Origin: Thecamonas trahens ATCC 50062
Taxonomy: Eukaryota; Protista; Apusomonadida
Direction: 5' to 3'
Assembly: GCF_000142905.1 (NCBI RefSeq)
Contig: NW_013657650.1
Location: forward strand, 131,388 to 195,387
DNA: 64,000 nucleotides
In this document: in pieces, positions 55,001 through 64,000 of the stretch
How positions within the stretch are numbered: the first letter of the stretch is position 1
Layout of the letters: each line of letters opens with the position of its first letter
Made by a program: the position numbers and the translations under genes
Notes under the pieces: model-generated
What the model was told of the DNA's origin: nothing
Database searches by the model: none
Seen by the model: only the letters and a program-made list of their open reading frames with translations

Positions 55001-56069
55001 CCTTGAGCAAGTTGTCGGTGAGAATGAGAACGCGAAGCTGATCTAGGAGCCCGATGGCTGGCGGCAGGACCGCAAGGTCGTTGCGCGCCAGGTCCAGATG
55101 TGTCAGCGACGCTAGCCTCCCACTCGCAGCTGCTTGCCAGATCGGCTGCAGCTTGAACTTGCGCGAGAGCCGGACTTGCGCCACCAGCGCGGAGATCTCG
55201 CCGGGCGTCAGCGGCTGGTCCTTGAACGGCGACGATGCCTGCTGTCGCCCCGACGGCGACCGTGGTGGGCTCCACCCGGCCGCGCCCGGCGGGCTTCTCA
55301 TCCGCGGCGAGACACTCAGCGACGGCGTGTACGGCCCGACCGGCGTCGTCGGCGACGTCGGCGCAACAGACCACGCGGTCGGCGTGAAAATAGAGTCTGG
55401 CGACGACGCAAGGAGCCGCGGCGACATCAGAGGCGACCGCGCCACAGAGTTTGCTGCAGCGGCTGCCGCAGCCTCAGCGGCTGCAGCCTCGGCGGCCACT
55501 GAGAGCATGTCCAACGCCAGTCGCGAACGGGCTCGCGCTGCCATGCTCACATAATCCGAGTCCGACCGACGCCGAGCATGCTCTCCAGACCCGCCAGACC
55601 CGCCAGACGACGCGTGTCGCGCCTTGGGACGCCGCACCCCGCGTCCACCCGCACGCCCGGACGAAATCGGCCTCGGCTGCGTCACAGATGTAGGCGGCGC
55701 CGGCGACGTCGGCTCAGACGCCGGCAGCCCCAAGCTTGGCTTTGCCGCTCCAAGCCTTGCCCGCCGCGTCACCGCCACCGGCGCCGGCGAGTCGGTCGGC
55801 GTCGGGTTCGACGTCACGTTGGGCGTAGGCGGCGCCAAGAGCTCATGCTTGCGCCCCGCCCGCTCTCTGCGAGCCCCAAGGTCAATGTGCTTCAGCAGCG
55901 AGAGCAACTCGGCCACCACCGGCCGCGACGACGACAGTCGGTGGTCATTAACCACCAGCGAGCCCGTGGCTATGGCCTTGGCCACCAGCTCCGCCAGTTC
56001 CTGCTCGCCCACCGGCCCCACGACCCACACACATACACACCACACACAGCCGCACACAACCATGCCCAT
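52017..56069 (-). CDS. LRR-containing TKL (MLK/Raf-like) protein kinase; 5' exons unresolved, probably extending to ~56565
   Basis: Long array of LxxLxLxxNxLxxLP repeats; GEGAFG, AAK, IHRDLSSHN, DFG, WIAPE; GTAAGT donor near 56508 after MGDAGS... Confidence 0.88.
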   Translation of the reverse strand: MGMVVCGCVWCVCVWVVGPVGEQELAELVAKAIATGSLVVNDHRLSSSRPVVAELLSLLKHIDLGARRERAGRKHELLAPPTPNVTSNPTPTDSPAPVAVTRRARLGAAKPSLGLPASEPTSPAPPTSVTQPRPISSGRAGGRGVRRPKARHASSGGSGGSGEHARRRSDSDYVSMAARARSRLALDMLSVAAEAAAAEAAAAAAANSVARSPLMSPRLLASSPDSIFTPTAWSVAPTSPTTPVGPYTPSLSVSPRMRSPPGAAGWSPPRSPSGRQQASSPFKDQPLTPGEISALVAQVRLSRKFKLQPIWQAAASGRLASLTHLDLARNDLAVLPPAIGLLDQLRVLILTDNLLKVLPGEMAVLGELTRIDVSHNQLTGVPEVLALCRELRVIDLSSNAILGFDGLNEPVARRLSFQEAACGSTENEVHGSICSLPKLEVLKLHATKLTSLPEFVGALDGVRQLSLQYAGLTSLPEAVASWCSLECLNLEGNKLNALPAGVGGWRGLRFISLANNKLQKLPEEVSAWASVEVVNLANNALTTLPLGLGACSVLVELNASGNRLAHFPAELCALGALQEMNLNSNVLTRLPEELGRLTGLHTLHVSDNKLRELPRSIGALTGLKVLTLRNNVLRTLPCEISALERLVQLSLDNNALRELPEDIGSLRSLQELYVSNNSLSTVPLSIGSLSFLKYLYLNNNQVRSLPSSLGHCRALSRLDLYSNPLKATLREVWVMGVSSTLEYLRNPSSYDMLRQYHYGRSYADPPKVAFTALAGASSLDLDAHGYVDAAGAADVRPASAYEAPAGLYGPASASAVLGAEAPVTPSSRASTPTSPREPCFAPQALYDAEYAEVYVAQQRSRAASEASERGSDVGSWSTSEVADDDGDDVEDGDDEGDADDDGLSVPFQRMSFGTCAYSKAVTGAIHVLDDEHSGGHTGSSSGSMSASPPSLLPVAGGRSVCAVSQPGLGVTPSTSPSTPFLMIPRGRSAAMAASAAAAAAASAPSISSFLRILPRDRDVASSVPLGGGPSRDSFSGGSYQSSPSAVDPSPQNQAVSDMTGPLSEYEIDPNDIELGVKLGEGAFGAVFKGDWNGVTVAAKVLKYDTLPTRAVIAGLRREVAILSKLHHPNVVSLIGACLQPPFLCIVTEFIGGGSLYSLLHVEHQRVYLTWLLRIALDVARGMSYLHGSQPKIIHRDLSSHNILIAYPISGANFTAKIADFGLAFVKESNESICAGVTGKVRWIAPEVLLNQEYDEKADVYSYGIVLWEILTSQKPFAEVQPTSSIPDVVAGGGRPALPKDAPGFLAKLIRECWHREAARRPSFDDIVRRLTKADRASRRKSLGELLVDYL

Positions 56070-56883
56070 GGTGAGTCCCTTGCCCTCTGCTACCTCTCAC
56101 AGCTGGCCTCGCCCACACCCACAAAGAACACCACCACGCCACGGTCGTGCAAATTTGCCCGCTCCCGCTCCGCCCTGCCTCACTGGCAAGCAAGCCCATT
56201 GAGACACCATGCATTATTCGGGAGGGCGGGGGGGGGGGGGGGGCAGCTCTCAATTAACTCTCGTTCACCATAATGGTTTGGTCGTAACGGGGGAGGGGGG
56301 GGGGGGCGACGCGTCCAGCTGTGACCATATATATGCATTGCCCAACATAAAGTGAAACGAGCCCCAACCTATGGGGGGGACCAAGAAACCCCGGGGGATT
56401 GACGTGCCAGAACGCGGGGGCCCCCCCCCCCCCAGTGGTCCCCGGGGGGGGGGGGGGGGGGGGGGGATTGCTGTGATGGTCTGACAACGATATATAGGAC
56501 TAACTTACGCATGTATGGTCTTGGGAGAGGTCAAGCGGCCCCGTGACCGAGCCGGCGTCCCCCATGCCAACGGCTGGAAGAGACGTGTTGCCTCGCCTGT
56601 CCGCCTGTTGGCTTGTCTTGCTTTCCTCCGTCCAAAGAGCGACTTGGGACTCACGTGCCGAAAGGGCCGAGACAGGTTTTTTCAGCAATTTTTGTCTCGA
56701 ATAGCAGCACCCTCCTCTCTGGCCGCTCCATCTGTTGGCTTCCCCACGCCTACAACGACGCACGAGTGTGTATCAACGTGTTTGCCAGAAGGCTTCAAAA
56801 TATACTCAAGCGCTCGCTGCTTAGTAGTTTAGTAGCGGCCGCCGGCAGGGAGCGGCCTCGCCGACGACACTTTGCCGGCCGCT

Positions 56884-58182
56884 TCACTCGCCCGACGCCG
56901 GAGCACGGAGCTGGAGCGTGTCGGCGGTGACGACGGCGGCACGCGGGGTGTTGGGCATGGATGGCGTCTGCGCCCCAGATCGGAGTCGCGGCGTGCCCGA
57001 GCGCGAGCCGCCGGCTGAAGGCGGCAGCACGACCGAGGTCGGCGCCGCGCGGCGCCGCTGCCGACTTGCGCTGCCGGCCGATGACGAGCCACGCGCCTGG
57101 ATCGACGACGACGCCGCCTCAAACGCCGACAGCGCTCGGGTATTGCTCGCTTGGTTGCGGGCCACGGCAAGGTCGTCTAGTGCGTCGTGAGTGGCGAGCG
57201 GCAAGTCGTCGTCGATCATCGACAGCGTCGGATCCGACAGCGAGCACCCGGCCGTCCGCTTGGCCGACTGGTACCGGCTGTGTGCGTCCTCGACGCCCGA
57301 CGGGTCGAACACGTTCATCAGCGTGTCGGCCGTCTGTAGCGGACGAGGTGGTGCGGCACCCGGTGCCACAGCCACCGCCCTCGCAACCTCCTCGACCTCG
57401 CCGAGCGCGAGAACTGCGTGGAACGAAAACGCGTCGCGGGTGAGCCAGAGCGAGCGGAAGACGTGAAACGGGTCGTCGAGCCCTAGCGCAGACGCGCTCA
57501 CAGCAAGCTTACGAATGGCTGCAAAGATCGGGAGCGTGACCTTGATCCGACACGCGTCGAGCTCGTTCTGCGTCGCGTACAGCAGATACATCAGATACAG
57601 CATGGTGATGCGTGTGTGGAGCGGATGGTGCGGGAGGACAAAGTACGGAAGAATGTACGAGAACAAGCCGTCGATAAAGTCCTCATTTGGCAGTGCATTC
57701 GGTCGCCCGTGATGGATGTACGACATCTGCAGCGTCCGCCATGTCTCCTTGAACAGCCCGAACCGGAGACTCAGGATCCGCGACCGCGCATCGTCCGTCT
57801 CCTCGCCCTTGCCCTCGCCAGACTGACTTCCCAATCCACCAAGCCTGGCATCCATGCCCCCGCCCACCACGTCCATGCCCATGTCCAGGCCCGTCGGGCT
57901 CGCCTCGGTCCCCGCCTCGGTCCCGGCCTCGGTCCTGGCCTCGGTCCCGGCCTCGACTCGGGCCTTCACCGCCGCCAGATACGTGGCCACACACCGGCGC
58001 AGATCACCGATGTGCGGCTCTAGCTGCTTGGTATCAAACCGATACAACACCATCCTCCGTGCCCGGTTCTTGGTAATGGCCGCTCGCCGCTTCTTGGCCT
58101 GTTGGACCTGCATCCGCCGCTGCGCCGCCGCCTGAACAGCCGCCTCGGACAGCCGCGGTACGCCTCCACGTCCTCGCGACAT
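56884..58182 (-). CDS. SNAPC1: snRNA-activating protein complex subunit 1 (SNAP43)
   Basis: SLRFGLFKETWRTLQMSYIHHGR...TRITMLYLMYLLYATQ...IKVTL...DPFHVFRSLW...AFSF matches the SNAPC1 N-terminal domain. Confidence 0.8.
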   Translation of the reverse strand: MSRGRGGVPRLSEAAVQAAAQRRMQVQQAKKRRAAITKNRARRMVLYRFDTKQLEPHIGDLRRCVATYLAAVKARVEAGTEARTEAGTEAGTEASPTGLDMGMDVVGGGMDARLGGLGSQSGEGKGEETDDARSRILSLRFGLFKETWRTLQMSYIHHGRPNALPNEDFIDGLFSYILPYFVLPHHPLHTRITMLYLMYLLYATQNELDACRIKVTLPIFAAIRKLAVSASALGLDDPFHVFRSLWLTRDAFSFHAVLALGEVEEVARAVAVAPGAAPPRPLQTADTLMNVFDPSGVEDAHSRYQSAKRTAGCSLSDPTLSMIDDDLPLATHDALDDLAVARNQASNTRALSAFEAASSSIQARGSSSAGSASRQRRRAAPTSVVLPPSAGGSRSGTPRLRSGAQTPSMPNTPRAAVVTADTLQLRAPASGE

Positions 58183-58555
58183 TGCTCCTCCCTCACGTAT
58201 ACCCGCTACCCTTTGGCTCTGGCTCTGGCTCTGGCTGTGGCTGTGGCTGTGGCTGTGGCTAACAGCTCTTTCTCCTTGCGCAGAGCGACAAGTGCCGCTG
58301 CTATCGCTGCTGGGGCTGGGGCTGGTGCCCTCTGCCGCTGCCGCTGCCGCCGGCGAGCAGACGAGTCGCCCAATTTCGGGCTGCGCAGCACGGAGCGCAG
58401 TGAGGTTCGCGCGCGTGGGCAACCACCACGGTCTGTTTCATTGAGCGCTACTCGCCTGCAGTATGCTTGTCATCGTCGACGATTCTGTCGGGCGGGTGCG
58501 GCTTTCGGTTGATCACAGGCACAGCAATGCCTCATCCAATCGCGGGTGGGGTGGG

Positions 58556-59956
58556 CTAGACATGGACTTCGACAGGCTCAAACTTGGTCGAGCGCGGCCT
58601 GATCATCATGTCAACAAGATCGTCAACAGCGACAAACTCCGACGGGTTGGCACGGGCTTTGGCGGCCGCCGACGGCGGGGAGGTCGGACTCGTGGCGGGC
58701 AACGCTTCCGGGAGGAGGACCGAGGCTGGGACCAAAGTCGAACCCGAGCCTGCTGCGGCGAGCCGCGCCGACGCGACCTCGTTCTCGATGGTCGTCGGCT
58801 GATAAGGAAAGTCGACAAGGATACGCCGGCGCTCGCCCGAGTAAGTGAGCGTCGGTGGGCGCGGGCGGACGTCGTGTCGGAACCGCAGCTTGGTGAGTCC
58901 GTCGTCGAGATGGGCCTTGTAGCCGGCGTTGGCATACAGCGCGTTGTCGTCCATGATGTCGACAAGCTCAGCCGGCGCCTCGGCGTGGACGGTGCCAGAG
59001 TCTGCTGCGTCGGCCTGAGCCACCGATGCCGCGGCCTTGACGGCGGCCACGGTGGCGGCGGCGGTCGAAGGCCGGATGCCGCGGGCGGCTGCTGCTGCTG
59101 TTGTCGCCTCCACACGGTCGAGAATCCGCTGCCGGCGATCGGGAATGGCCGACGCTGTCGCCGGCCGCGCCGACACTGTCTCTCGCCATCTACGCCGGGC
59201 CCCATCCGACTGCCGCATCACCCGATCGACGGCAGAGTCGAGCTCGGTCGTCGAGCAGTGGGTATTGGGCTTACCCTCGTCAGAAGGGTGGCCTGCGTCG
59301 TCGCCATACCGGCGAGTATACATGGTCATCAAATCGTCGGGCGTCACGTCCGGTCCGAGGTGGCGCTTGAGGACAGCGTCGGGCACCTTGCCTGACACCA
59401 TGGCGTCAAGGATGCAGTACGCGTCTGGCGTCATGTTGTACTCGCCCATCGACCGCTTGAGGCGCTCGAGAATAACGCCCTCGACCCCGTAACGGTCGCC
59501 GCGGACCGAGAACTTGCGGCTCGCCAGCGACGCTGCGTGCAAATCGGGCGCAAGCCGCGCCCGTGCCACAGAACCCGAGTATCCAAAGGCGTGCACCTTG
59601 GGCAGCTTGGGCGTGACAAACTGCGAGCGGACGCCACGCGCGAGCTCGTACGCTTGAATGTGCATCTCGGCCGCCGACTGGGTGACGTCGGCATTGAACC
59701 GGGCTGATTGCTCGCGGACATGTGCCGTCCGCCGGCCCGAGGCAAACAGCTCGTGTGTCCCGTCCGCAAACTGCGCCTCCCACGCCGACCGGATCGCCCT
59801 CTTGTTCGATCCGCCGCCGCATGAGCCCATCATCCTCGCTCCCGCCGTGACTGGTCGCTTTCGCCGCCGCCGGGCCTGGCCCTGCTGCTGCCCCGCCGCC
59901 ACCTGCGACGGCCCGGACTTCCGTGAGGAGCTCTTCCGCTTCTGCCGCGGCGCCAT
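58556..59956 (-). CDS. Hypothetical protein (start uncertain)
   Basis: ~470-codon ORF with coding-like codon usage; no recognised motif. Confidence 0.55.
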   Translation of the reverse strand: MAPRQKRKSSSRKSGPSQVAAGQQQGQARRRRKRPVTAGARMMGSCGGGSNKRAIRSAWEAQFADGTHELFASGRRTAHVREQSARFNADVTQSAAEMHIQAYELARGVRSQFVTPKLPKVHAFGYSGSVARARLAPDLHAASLASRKFSVRGDRYGVEGVILERLKRSMGEYNMTPDAYCILDAMVSGKVPDAVLKRHLGPDVTPDDLMTMYTRRYGDDAGHPSDEGKPNTHCSTTELDSAVDRVMRQSDGARRRWRETVSARPATASAIPDRRQRILDRVEATTAAAAARGIRPSTAAATVAAVKAAASVAQADAADSGTVHAEAPAELVDIMDDNALYANAGYKAHLDDGLTKLRFRHDVRPRPPTLTYSGERRRILVDFPYQPTTIENEVASARLAAAGSGSTLVPASVLLPEALPATSPTSPPSAAAKARANPSEFVAVDDLVDMMIRPRSTKFEPVEVHV

Positions 59957-60500
59957 CGGACGGGAAGCCGGCGCGCCCGACGACCTCGCTATAGTGTTCG
60001 ACCTCGCCGATGCTGCCCGCTTGCCCAACTTTGTCCCCGCCTGCCCGTACTGTTTTGGACACCACCGCTGCGCTTCTGTCTCCGACCTGCTGCCGATGTG
60101 CCACTTGCGCCCGTTGCGCCGCTTGCGCCGCTTGCTCGTTCTGCCGACGACCGTTGACCCGACCTGGCTGCGGACGCCAAAGCCGCTGGCGAGTTGTCTT
60201 TGCCACGGCTAGGTGGAGCAGTACATGGCCGCTGTGCATATGGTCGTTGACTTCCGTAGGTCTTTCCGCGCGTCTCGATACGCGACATCCCCGCCCCTGT
60301 AGCGAGCGTCGAGTGTGGTGGCTGGTCGGCAGCGGGTGGCGAGCGGCAATGGTCATCATCACACGCCAAATTGACATCTCAAGTACGGTGCGGCGCGTTG
60401 CTTGCGAGCGCGAGAGGTAAGATCGGCGACATTTGATCACACCAGAAGCCACCCTTGTATGATGGCTATGTGGCTCACGTTGGCTGTGAGGGGTTTTTTG

Positions 60501-60502
<2 letters not shown>

Positions 60503-60557
<55 letters not shown>
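60503..60557. repeat. (GT)n microsatellite
   Basis: Directly visible. Confidence 0.95.
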
Positions 60558-60562
<5 letters not shown>

Positions 60563-60737
60563 GAAGGGGTCGGGGACAATGGTCCGGTAGACTGCGCAAC
60601 CTACTGCTACAGGCAAATGCAATTGTGGCTGCGATGTGCCAGCATGGGACGCATGCTGATCAAAGCAAGAACAGGAGTGTTGGCGCATGGGGTGGGCACA
60701 TCATCGGGTCGGGCGATGCAGCTGGTACCAGGCTGGA

Positions 60738-61484
60738 TCAAGAGCTCGACGGCTCGAGCGAGTGAACCACAGTGGCCATGCGGAGGCCAAGAAAAAACAC
60801 CAGGACAAGCACAACCACAAAGGGGAGCCATTGGTAGCACGAGGCCGGTGGCGGCTTGCGTGATCTCAGCTGCGATGAGCGAATGTGCGCGGTAACCGGG
60901 TGGCTCGCGGCAATCTCATCAGCCACGGCACGGAGATCTGCAAGGAGCATGGCCTTGGACGTCCGCGGTTCGGCGTAGGCGTCTGCAACGTCGAGCAGCC
61001 GGACGCGAACAGCAGCCAGCGAAGCGATGGCGCCAGATGAGGCGTCGTCGCTGCTCCCTCCACTCTCACTTGCGGCAACCTCTGCCGCACGATCTGCAGC
61101 CTCCTGCACAGCCTTCTCGGCTGCAACATGGGCCCGCTCGAGCTCAGCCTCACGTGCAAGGACAACCTTGCGCAGGGCATGGATCTGCTTGTTAGCGACC
61201 TCGACCGAGGTGGCGAGGTGATGAGCACGATCATCCAAGTCGGCATAGGCTCGATTGGCTGCGTCGAGCTTGGCCTGCAGCTCCATCGCCTGGGCTTCAA
61301 ACGCGTGGGCCATCTTGGTCGCCTCAAAGGTAGCGTGCTGCGCCCCCGTCCGCAGCTCGCCGATGACCGCCAGAAGGAACTCGCGCTCGGCCTCGCGGTC
61401 TGCCAGCTGGCTGCACTGCGCAACGAGCACAGACATGGGCTCCTCCACCAGTCCCTCTCCGCCCGACATCTTGCTGTCGTCCAT
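60738..61484 (-). CDS. Coiled-coil tail-anchored membrane protein
   Basis: Heptad-rich core; C-terminal TM WLPFVVVLVLVFFLGL. Confidence 0.65.
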   Translation of the reverse strand: MDDSKMSGGEGLVEEPMSVLVAQCSQLADREAEREFLLAVIGELRTGAQHATFEATKMAHAFEAQAMELQAKLDAANRAYADLDDRAHHLATSVEVANKQIHALRKVVLAREAELERAHVAAEKAVQEAADRAAEVAASESGGSSDDASSGAIASLAAVRVRLLDVADAYAEPRTSKAMLLADLRAVADEIAASHPVTAHIRSSQLRSRKPPPASCYQWLPFVVVLVLVFFLGLRMATVVHSLEPSSS

Positions 61485-61726
61485 GTCTCGAGGGCCGGGT
61501 GTCGTCGCCGTGGGGGATGAGTGCGGTGGAGGTAGCGCTGTCTGCGGCGAGTTGCGGCGAGTCGGGGGGGGAGGCCGCAGCCGACGAGATGGGCGCGCGG
61601 CCTGATGCGGTTGCAGAGGGCAAGGTGGATAGAGCGCTCGAAAAGGGAATGACTGGGGGAGGGGAGGGGAGGAGAGGGGGGGAGGGGGGGGCATCTTTGA
61701 CTGCTGCTCGTCTACAGAGGTGGGGG

Positions 61727-62666
61727 TCATGCCGAGGCGAGGGCGGCGGTGAAGGCCGACATGATGGCCGGGCGGTCAAAGGCAAAGTTGAGGAAGGGGT
61801 TCGGCCGCTGGTTGGCAGGTGCAGCCGGGGAGGAGACCGCCAATGCGGAGGTGGACGGCGACGGTGTTGCAGGGCTCGCAGACTTGGTCGAGCGGGCGGA
61901 GGACGGGAGAAGGAGCGAGCCAGAGGCGGCGCGGGCTTTGATGATCTTGCGAATACGCTTCTTGTTGGAGCGGATCCAGGCGCGGAGCTTGTTGGAGACG
62001 GCCGAGATGGTGAACATGCGCTTGGACGAGATGCCATGGACCTCCTTGTTCTCGCCGTACATGGGCAGGTCGGCGACAGGGAACCACTTGATCTCGGAAA
62101 TTTCCTTGCGAGTCATGGTCTCGAACACAGTGTCCATGGGAATGCCCGCAATGACGAACAGGCGCATCTCCTTGCCACGGATGACGCACTTGACCAAGTC
62201 GGTCTCGGAAATGTACGGCGCAATGTCAAAGCCGATCTCCTCGTAGACCTCACGGATGGCGCACTCGACGTCACTCTCGCCCTCATCAATCTTGCCCTTG
62301 GGGAACATCCACGAGCCCTTCGAGCCCCAGCCCTTGACAATAAGGCAGTGCTTGAGCGTCGGGTCGAGCAGGATGGCTCCACGCGTCGGAATCTTGGCCT
62401 TGTACTCGGAAAACCCGGTCATGATGTCCGACAGGAAGCTGTGGTACGGCTGAAGCAGCGGGCAGTGGTGGAACATGACAGCAGAGAAGGCGCGGAAGCC
62501 CATCGACGGCAGGAACTCATGCTGCTCGCAGAAGTAGTCCTCATAGAACCAGTGCGCCTGCTCGATGGCGAAGCAGATGCGCTCAAACGACGACAGCTCC
62601 TCATCCGGCAGATTGATCAGGAAGCGGCTGTGGCGAGAGCAGTAAATCACCGCACGTATGTGAGTA

Positions 62667-62718
<52 letters not shown>

Positions 62719-62964
62719 GTGGGGGTGGTTGGTGGTGGTGGTGATGGTGCGCCTTGGCCATGACCCCAGCCTCGGCCATGACCACGACAGCAACGACAGA
62801 CAGAGACAGCCCCCCCCCCCTCCCTACCACACAACAACGTACGAACTCAGATCATCCAGTAGCTCAGACAGCAATGCCACCTCGTCCACCGACAGCTTCT
62901 TGTTCGAGTGTGACTTGAAGACGGCACGGAGCTCCTTCAGCGGTGTGCTGGGAGAAGAAGACAT
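61727..62964 (-). CDS. DCP2: mRNA decapping enzyme DCP2; exons 62964-62843 and 62627-61727
   Basis: LDDLSS|RFLINLP..EL..ERICFAIEQAHWFYED Box A; Nudix PKGKIDEGESDVECAIREVYEEIG; GTACGT...CAG intron. Confidence 0.96.
62669..62717. repeat. (GT)n microsatellite in the DCP2 intron
   Basis: Directly visible. Confidence 0.95.
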
Positions 62965-63459
62965 GGCAGGGGACGGGACGGGAGAGGGAGGGAGAACGGA
63001 GAGCGGGGAGGAGGGGGGGGAGGGGAGGAAGGGGGGAGGAGGTGTAGGGGAGGAAGAGGGCTGGTCTTCTCTGCCACCGCTGCTGTTGCCCGCTGCATAC
63101 CGCCCCCCCCCCCTCCCCTCCCCGTCAGGTCGCACTTGGTCGCCGCCCGCCCACTCGCCCGCTCGCCCGCTCGGCCGCCCGCCCTACGCCATGACGATCA
63201 AGCCAAAGGTGATCAACGCCACCAAAGTCGATCACACGCTACATGGAGATACCCATGGCAATTGAGATCGTCTCATTGGTGACATGCGCGGTTTCATCCA
63301 TCCTATCTCCCATCCTGACGGCATTTGACGTTACGTAGCCATCGGCAGACGGCGTCGGTTGGCAGGAGACCAGTGGGGGAGGGGGGGGGGGGGGGGGACA
63401 AGGAGTGGGTGAGAGGGGTGCGAGGAGCGAGTGTAGCAACCACCCAGCTCGCGACTGAC

Positions 63460-64000
63460 ATGTCTGAGTCCTCGTATGATGCGTATGACGAGGATGGCTC
63501 GTACGCCGAGGGTTCGTCCTATGGCTATGGGGGCACCCCAGAGCCAGACGGTGTGGACGGTGCCGGCAGTGCTAGCGGCGACGAGCCGACCGAAAGCGAG
63601 CCGGAGCCGGTACGTACAGAGCTGGCTGATGCGACATTTTGGGCTGCCATGGAACTGAGTGTGAGTATGGAGGGAGATGGGACGTGTACTTGGGGATGTA
63701 CTTACTCTGGGCTTGGTCATGTGCCTCGTCGGGCTGGGCTGCTGGTTGTGGTTGCCTGAATGGGGGGCGGTTGTCGTTGACCCCCAACTGCCGCTCGCTT
63801 CACGGCCAATGCCATGGTGGATGGTGGGTGTGGACGGATGGATGCTGGTGGCGATGGATGGGGTGGATGTGGACGTGGGCGTGGACGTGGGCGTGGTGTT
63901 GCATGTGTGTTGCTGCTCGATTTGGAGGACAGATCAGCAAACCGCTGGCCAAGGACGATCTCACCGACGCGCTGTCTGTCTTGGCCAAGACGGGGACGGG
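63460..64000 (+). CDS. LRRC23: 5' part of an LRRC23-like axonemal protein; exons 63460-63609 and 63933->64000 (runs off the window)
   Basis: Acidic N-terminus, GTACGT...CAG phase-0 intron, then ISKPLAKDDLTDALSVLAKTG resembling LRRC23 PLTEDMMKEGLSLLCKTG. Confidence 0.6.

Noticed and set aside
61499-63265. 588-aa plus-strand ORF
   Set aside because: Antisense shadow of DCP2 plus microsatellite and G-rich sequence
63191-63265. 24-codon ORF MTIKPKVINATK... in the DCP2/LRRC23 intergenic region
   Set aside because: Too short; no recognisable homology or splice support

Overview
GC-rich, very gene-dense EUKARYOTIC genomic DNA: short GT-AG introns, poly-C/G tracts, (GT)n microsatellites and one N-gap at 33343-34115. 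Gene content (TTLL5, an LRRC23-like gene, hybrid histidine kinase, NDH2, ERH, SNAPC1, TKL kinases) points to a flagellated protist. The style resembles the apusomonad Thecamonas trahens (inference, not verified). About 30 protein-coding genes can be supported; I saw no rRNA, tRNA, CRISPR array or mobile element. Housekeeping genes: mitochondrial HisRS, NDH2, sideroflexin, ERH, TTLL5, LSG1, SNAPC1, DCP2. Most unusual: (1) an Mpv17/PMP22 membrane protein fused in one clean ORF to two GcvR-like ACT domains, a candidate amino-acid-regulated organellar channel; (2) a receptor with tandem PstS-like domains, TM, kinase, pseudo-cyclase and pseudokinase; (3) a Cdc123/R2K-like ATP-grasp ending in a CaaX box; (4) a BTB domain split by a ~185-aa insert; (5) a ~4100-aa HECT E3 ligase with UBR, SPRY and ZZ domains; (6) several bacterial-like enzymes. 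Nine apparent frameshifts are each repaired by adding one base, usually in a homopolymer, and are most likely sequencing under-calls.
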